A stretch of DNA of 16,817 bases from a virus. Lineage: Duplodnaviria > Heunggongvirae > Uroviricota > Caudoviricetes. Shown in pieces: positions 9,579 through 16,817 of this stretch. The position numbers were made by a program, and so were the translations under genes. The first letter of the stretch is position 1; each line of letters opens with the position of its first letter. The notes beneath the pieces were generated by a model that worked only from the letters and a program-made list of their open reading frames with translations, was not told where the DNA came from and made no database searches. Where the stretch lies: IMG/VR virus record IMGVR_UViG_2675903409_000002, one strand, 5' to 3'.

Positions 9579-9911
9579 TTAAACGATGCTGATTGCCGTT
9601 CCGGCAAACACGGTCCGTTTTTTCGTCTCGTCGCTGGCAGCCTCCGGCCAGAGCACATCCTCATAACGGAACGTGCCGGACTTGTAGAACGTCAGTGTGG
9701 TGCTGGTCTGGTCAGCAGCAACCGCAAGAATGCCAACGGCAGCACCGTCGGTGGTGCCATCCCACGCAACCAGCTTACGGGTGGAGGTGTCCAGCATCAG
9801 CGGGGTCATTGCAGGCGCTTTCGCACTCAATCCGCCGGGCGCGGTTGCGGTATGAGCCGGGTCACTATTGCCCAGCGGCTGGTAATGGGTAAAGGTTTCT
9901 TTGCTCGTCAT
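9579..9911 (-). CDS. D: Head decoration protein D (110 aa)
   Basis: ATG at 9911-9909 gives [56 protein letters not shown].... The ORF track begins 2 codons upstream at 9917. Confidence 0.95.
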   Translation of the reverse strand: MTSKETFTHYQPLGNSDPAHTATAPGGLSAKAPAMTPLMLDTSTRKLVAWDGTTDGAAVGILAVAADQTSTTLTFYKSGTFRYEDVLWPEAASDETKKRTVFAGTAISIV

Positions 9912-9920
9912 AAACATCCC

Positions 9921-10526
9921 TTACACTGGTGTGTTCAGCAAATCGTTAACGGCATCAGATGCCGGGTTACCTGCAGCCAGCGGTGCCGGTGCCCCCTGCA
10001 TCAGACGATCCAGCGCAGTGTCACTGCGCGTCTGTGCACTCTGTGGTGCTGCGGCCAGAATACGGCGGGCCGTTTCCACGGTCATACCGGGGGTTTCGGC
10101 CAGCACGCGTGCCTGTTCTTCGCGTCCGTGAGCCTCCTCACAGTTGAGGATCCCCATAATGCGACTGTTTTCTGCCGCAACCGCTGCGGTGATCTGCGCG
10201 TTCACGTCCGGCTGCGCCGCGCTGGCGTTCTCGCCCTCCGTCGCTTGCACCACGCCAGTAACGTCAGCCTGCGAAGCAGTGGCTGAAACAGTTGTTGATT
10301 GAGTCTCTTTGGTCATTCGCCCTCCTGAGAGACGGGATTTACGTGCATCCAGTGCATCACGCATGACGGTGATCGCATCGGTACTGTTAACAAGTTCATC
10401 AGCCAGTCCGGCATCAATGGCCTCCTGACCGCTGTACACTGCAGCCTCGGTATCCAGCACAGCCTGCACGGACAGGCCGGTATATGCCGACACCTTCTGT
10501 GCAAACATCCGGCGGGTTGCATCCAT
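9921..10526 (-). CDS. Nu3: Capsid scaffolding protein Nu3 (201 aa), nested in frame in the 3' third of C
   Basis: Internal ATG at 10526-10524 in the C frame gives MDATRRMFAQKVSAYTGLSVQAVLDTEAAVYSGQEAIDAGLADELVN..., 201 aa, sharing the C stop. Confidence 0.85.
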   Translation of the reverse strand: MDATRRMFAQKVSAYTGLSVQAVLDTEAAVYSGQEAIDAGLADELVNSTDAITVMRDALDARKSRLSGGRMTKETQSTTVSATASQADVTGVVQATEGENASAAQPDVNAQITAAVAAENSRIMGILNCEEAHGREEQARVLAETPGMTVETARRILAAAPQSAQTRSDTALDRLMQGAPAPLAAGNPASDAVNDLLNTPV

Positions 10527-11220
10527 CCGGGACTGCAATGTTTCCCGGACATCATCCGGTAGATGGCTGTAGGGGTTGCCATCCACCTTATGGCTGCCGC
10601 TGTAAATCAGCGTGATTTCCACGCCCTGTTTCTCCAGTGCAGCGCCGTAATTACTGTGAGCCATCATGACGCCGATGGAGCCTGTCCGGGCGGTCTGCGT
10701 GACCAGACGCCGGGAGGCGGCACTGGCAAGCAGCTGACCTGCGCTGCAGTTCATGTCATTGGCCAGCGCCCATACCGGCTTTATGTCACGCACACGGGCG
10801 ATGATGTCAGCGCAGTCAAATGCTCCCGCCACCATTCCGCCCGGTGTGTCCATATCGAGCAGAATGCCGTCCACCATCGGGTCGCTGGCAGCCTGTTGCA
10901 GACGGGCGATAATGCCGTTGTAACCGGTCATCCCCGAGTACGGCTGCAGCGCCCGCGTCCGGCTGACCAGCGTGCCGGACACCGGCAGCACGGCGATGCC
11001 GTTCATTACCTGATAACTGCGGGCCTGTCGTGGTCCGTCATCATCACCGGATAACGCCAGCGCCGCGGGTGCCTCTCCGGCAGTCAGGCTGTCGCCGGAT
11101 ACTGCATCCGTCAGGCAGCTGATCCCAAGCTGGCCTGCAAGCGCACAAAAGAAAACCCGCGCATAGGCGGGTTCAAGCATCAGCGGCTCATTAAAAGCCA
11201 TGCTGGCAATATGCGGGAGA

Positions 11221-11240
<20 letters not shown>
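9921..11240 (-). CDS. C: Head maturation protease / minor capsid protein C (439 aa), GTG start
   Basis: Protein ...TAELRNLPHIASMAFNEPLMLEPAYARVFFCALAGQLG... matches lambda gpC. Start taken as GTG at 11240-11238, preceded by GAGGAGAAGA, giving a 20-nt overlap with the end of B as in lambda. The ORF track runs on to an ATG at 11375 inside B. Confidence 0.9.
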
Positions 11241-14924
<3,684 letters not shown>

Positions 14925-14950
<26 letters not shown>

Positions 14951-15470
14951 TCAGCAACCCCGGTATCAGTTCATCCAGCGCGGCTGCTTTGTTCATGGCT
15001 TTGATGATATCCCGTTTCAGGAAATCAACATGTCGGTTTTCCAGTTCCGGAAAACGCCGCTGCACCGACAGGGGGATCCCGTCGAGAATACTGGCAATTT
15101 CACCTGCGATCCGCGACAGCACGAAAGTACAGAATGCGGTTTCCACCACTTCAGCGGAGTCTCTGGCATTTTTCAGCTCCTGTGCGTCGGCCTGCGCACG
15201 CGTAAGTCGATGGCGTTCGTACTCAATAGTCCCTGGCTGGAGATCTGTCTCGCTGGCCTGCCGCAGTTCTTCAACTTCCCGGCGCAGCTTTTCGTTCTCA
15301 ATTTCAGCATCCCTTTCGGCATACCATCTTATAACGGCGGCAGAGTCATAAAGCACCTCATTACCCTTGCCACCGCCTCGCAGAACGGGCATTCCCTGTT
15401 CCTGCCAGTTCTGAATGGTACGGATACTCGCACCGAAAATGTCAGCCAGCTGCTTTTTGTTGACTTCCAT
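14925..15470 (-). CDS. Nu1: Terminase small subunit Nu1 (181 aa)
   Basis: ORF track 14925..15470; MEVNKKQLADIFGASIRTIQNWQEQGMPVLRGGGKGNEVLYDSAAVIRWYAERD...; ATG at 15470-15468. Confidence 0.96.
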
Positions 15471-15489
15471 TGTTCATTCCACGGACAAA

Positions 15490-15615
15490 AACAGAGAAAG
15501 GAAACGACAGAGGCCAAAAAGCCCGTTTTCAGCACCTGTCGTTTCCTTTCTTTTCAGGGGGTGTTTTAAATAAAAACATTAGGTTACGGCGAAGAAGAAC
15601 GGAAACGCCTTAAAC
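15490..15615 (-). other. cosB: terminase (Nu1) binding elements R1, R2, R3 with an intervening AT-rich IHF-type segment
   Basis: Three copies of the CGTTTCC-type element read on the minus strand: near 15495-15510 (CTGTCGTTTCCTTTCTCTG, R1), 15541-15556 (inverted, GAAAGGAAACGACAG, R2) and 15592-15610 (GGCGTTTCCGTTCTTCTT, R3), at lambda-like spacing upstream of Nu1. Confidence 0.8.
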
Positions 15616-15647
15616 CGGAAAATTGTCATAAATAGCGAAAACCCGCG

Positions 15648-15659
15648 CGCCTTCCGCCC
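15648..15659 (-). other. cosN: 12-nt cohesive-end segment of the joined cos site, variant sequence
   Basis: Minus strand reads ...CAGGTTACG | GGGCGGAAGGCG | CGCGGGTTTTCGCTATTTATGA.... Both flanks match the lambda cos junction from memory; the 12-mer reads GGGCGGAAGGCG where lambda has GGGCGGCGACCT. Confidence 0.75.
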
Positions 15660-15700
15660 CGTAACCTGTCGGATCGCCGGAAAGGACCCGCAAAATGATA
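15660..15700 (-). other. cosQ-containing region on the right-end side of cosN (position approximate)
   Basis: Positional homology to the last ~40 bp of the lambda right end (…CCGGAAAGGACCCG…GATCCGACAGGTTACG); the exact cosQ element is not delimited. Confidence 0.45.
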
Positions 15701-15710
15701 ATAATTATCA
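15696..15710. promoter_or_regulatory. Perfect 7-1-7 inverted repeat TGATAAT-A-ATTATCA (Fur-box-like candidate operator)
   Basis: Read directly: 15696-15702 TGATAAT, 15703 A, 15704-15710 ATTATCA, exact reverse complements. About 150 bp upstream of the plus-strand ORF starting at 15859. Confidence 0.3.
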
Positions 15711-15858
15711 TCTACATGTCACAACGTGCATCTACGCCATCAAACCACGTCAAATAATCAATTATGACGCAGGTATCGTATTAATTGATCTGCATCAACT
15801 TAACGTAAAAACAACTTCAGACAATACAAATCAGCGACACTGAATACAGGGCAACCTC

Positions 15859-16092
15859 ATGTCAACGAAGAACAGAACCCGCAGAACAACAACCCGCAAC
15901 ATCCGCTTTCCTAACCAAATGATTGAACAAATTAACATCGCTCTTGTTCAAAAAGGGTCCGGGAATTTCTCAGCCTGGGTCATTGAAGCCTGCCGCCGGA
16001 GACTGTGCTCAGAAAAAAGAGTTTCGCCTGAAGCAAACAAAGAAAAGAGTGACATTACTGAATTGCTCAGAAAACAGGTTAGACCAGATTGA
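15859..16092 (+). CDS. Small hypothetical protein, YbcW-like / lambda right-end ORF homologue (77 aa) with a divergent C-terminus
   Basis: ORF track 15859..16092; MSTKNRTRRTTTRNIRFPNQMIEQINIALVQKGSGNFSAWVIEACRRR.... The first ~50 residues match the small ORF I recall next to cos in lambda and DLP12 (ybcW); the tail LCSEKRVSPEANKEKSDITELLRKQVRPD differs. Weak SD (aggg). Confidence 0.6.
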   Translation: MSTKNRTRRTTTRNIRFPNQMIEQINIALVQKGSGNFSAWVIEACRRRLCSEKRVSPEANKEKSDITELLRKQVRPD

Positions 16093-16149
16093 AGCAATTT
16101 AGATAATCGTGCAGACTACGCCCCCTCATATCACATGGAAGGTACTACA

Positions 16150-16560
16150 ATGGCTCAGGTTGCCATTTTTAAACAAATATTCGATAAAGTGCGAAATAAT
16201 TTAAACTATCACTGGTTTTATTCTGAACTAAAACGTCACAATGTCTCACATTACATTTACTATTTAGCCACAGAGAATATTCATCTTGTTCTTGAAAACG
16301 ATAATACGGTTTTAATAAAAGGACAGGGTAAGGTTGTAAATGTAAGATTTTCAAAAAATAAATGCCTTATAGAAGCCACCTTAAAAGGATTCAAATCAGG
16401 AGAGTTATCATTTTACGAATACAGGAAAAATCTTGCTACAGCAGGGGTTTTCAGATGGATTACAAATATCCACGAAAACAAAAGGTATTACTATACCTTT
16501 GATAATTCATTACTCTTTACTGAGAACATACAGAACACTACACAAATATTTCCGCACTAA
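16150..16560 (+). CDS. DUF1398-family protein, YbcV/YdfO-like (136 aa)
   Basis: ORF track 16135..16560; I prefer the second ATG at 16150 because GGAAGG lies 7 nt upstream. [67 protein letters not shown]...[39 protein letters not shown] resembles E. coli prophage proteins YbcV/YdfO from memory. Visibly AT-rich against the GC-rich late genes. Confidence 0.65.
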   Translation: MAQVAIFKQIFDKVRNNLNYHWFYSELKRHNVSHYIYYLATENIHLVLENDNTVLIKGQGKVVNVRFSKNKCLIEATLKGFKSGELSFYEYRKNLATAGVFRWITNIHENKRYYYTFDNSLLFTENIQNTTQIFPH

Positions 16561-16568
16561 ATCATAAC

Positions 16569-16597
16569 GTCCGGTTTCTTCCGTGCCAGAACCGGAC
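16569..16597 (+). terminator. Hairpin just downstream of the YbcV-like stop (8-bp stem gtccggtt/aaccggac, 13-nt loop); weak terminator candidate
   Basis: Inverted repeat at 16569-16576 and 16590-16597, read directly. No U-tract follows on the plus strand, so intrinsic-terminator function is doubtful. Confidence 0.2.
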
Positions 16598-16605
16598 TCG
16601 CTGGC

Positions 16606-16815
16606 ATGATGAAATATGTGTACCCGGTAACCCCGGTGTGCATCGTTTTTGATTATTCCCGCACACTCGCGCAGAAGGAGTTCCCCGTCGGGCTACGGTC
16701 TCTGTTAATACGGGAATACGGCGACGATTGGATTTGCCCCTATATTTCCAGACATCTGTTATCACTTAACCCATTACAAGCCCGCTGCCGCAGATATTCC
16801 CGTGGCGAGCGATAA
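16606..16815 (+). CDS. Hypothetical small protein (69 aa), unrecognised; may be non-coding
   Basis: ORF track 16606..16815; complete ATG to TAA (16813-16815). MMKYVYPVTPVCIVFDYSRTLAQKEFPVGLRSLLIREYGDDWICPYISRHLLSLNPLQARCRRYSRGER. No clear SD; Cys/Arg-rich. All three minus-strand frames here hit stops within ~80 nt of the window end. Confidence 0.25.
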   Translation: MMKYVYPVTPVCIVFDYSRTLAQKEFPVGLRSLLIREYGDDWICPYISRHLLSLNPLQARCRRYSRGER

Positions 16816-16817
16816 CC

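Noticed and set aside
10563-11054. 163-aa plus-strand ORF antisense to C
   Set aside because: Antisense to C; no start context.
15030-15569. 179-aa plus-strand ORF antisense to Nu1 and running into cosB
   Set aside because: Overlaps Nu1 and the terminase binding sites on the opposite strand; no support as a gene.
15755-15810. Possible sigma70 promoter for the accessory ORFs (TATTAAT near 15779-15785; TTGATC at 15785-15790)
   Set aside because: No -35/-10 pair with acceptable spacing and match could be assembled by eye; too weak to call without a scoring tool or transcript data.
16562-16765. 67-aa minus-strand ORF at the right edge
   Set aside because: Arg-rich low-complexity peptide (…RGKSNRRRIPV…) typical of an out-of-frame read; overlaps the plus-strand ORF; no start context.

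Overview
This window is the reverse complement of the left arm of a phage-lambda-like genome, read across a joined cos site. All late morphogenesis genes lie on the minus strand in canonical lambda order and spacing: J (N-terminus only, 1-179), I, K, L, M, H, G/G-T, V, U, Z, FII, FI, E, D, C/Nu3, B, W, A, Nu1. The cos site (cosB, cosN, cosQ region) sits at about 15490-15700. Right of cos, the first ~330 bp resemble the lambda right end; from about 15990 the sequence diverges into a plus-strand accessory cluster: a YbcW-like small ORF with a replaced C-terminus, an AT-rich YbcV/YdfO-like (DUF1398) gene, and a 69-aa ORF of unknown function. Four N-runs of about 250 nt (1450-1699, 2995-3244, 4694-4943, 13480-13730) interrupt L/K, H (twice) and A. 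Gene identities rest on my reading of the translated ORFs against lambda proteins recalled from memory; no database search was run. I found no novel multi-gene system in the structural region. The points most worth a second look are a cosN cohesive end that differs from lambda at 5 of 12 positions, the non-lambda accessory cluster beside cos, a perfect 7-1-7 Fur-box-like palindrome next to cos, and the three reading frames of H across the masked blocks.
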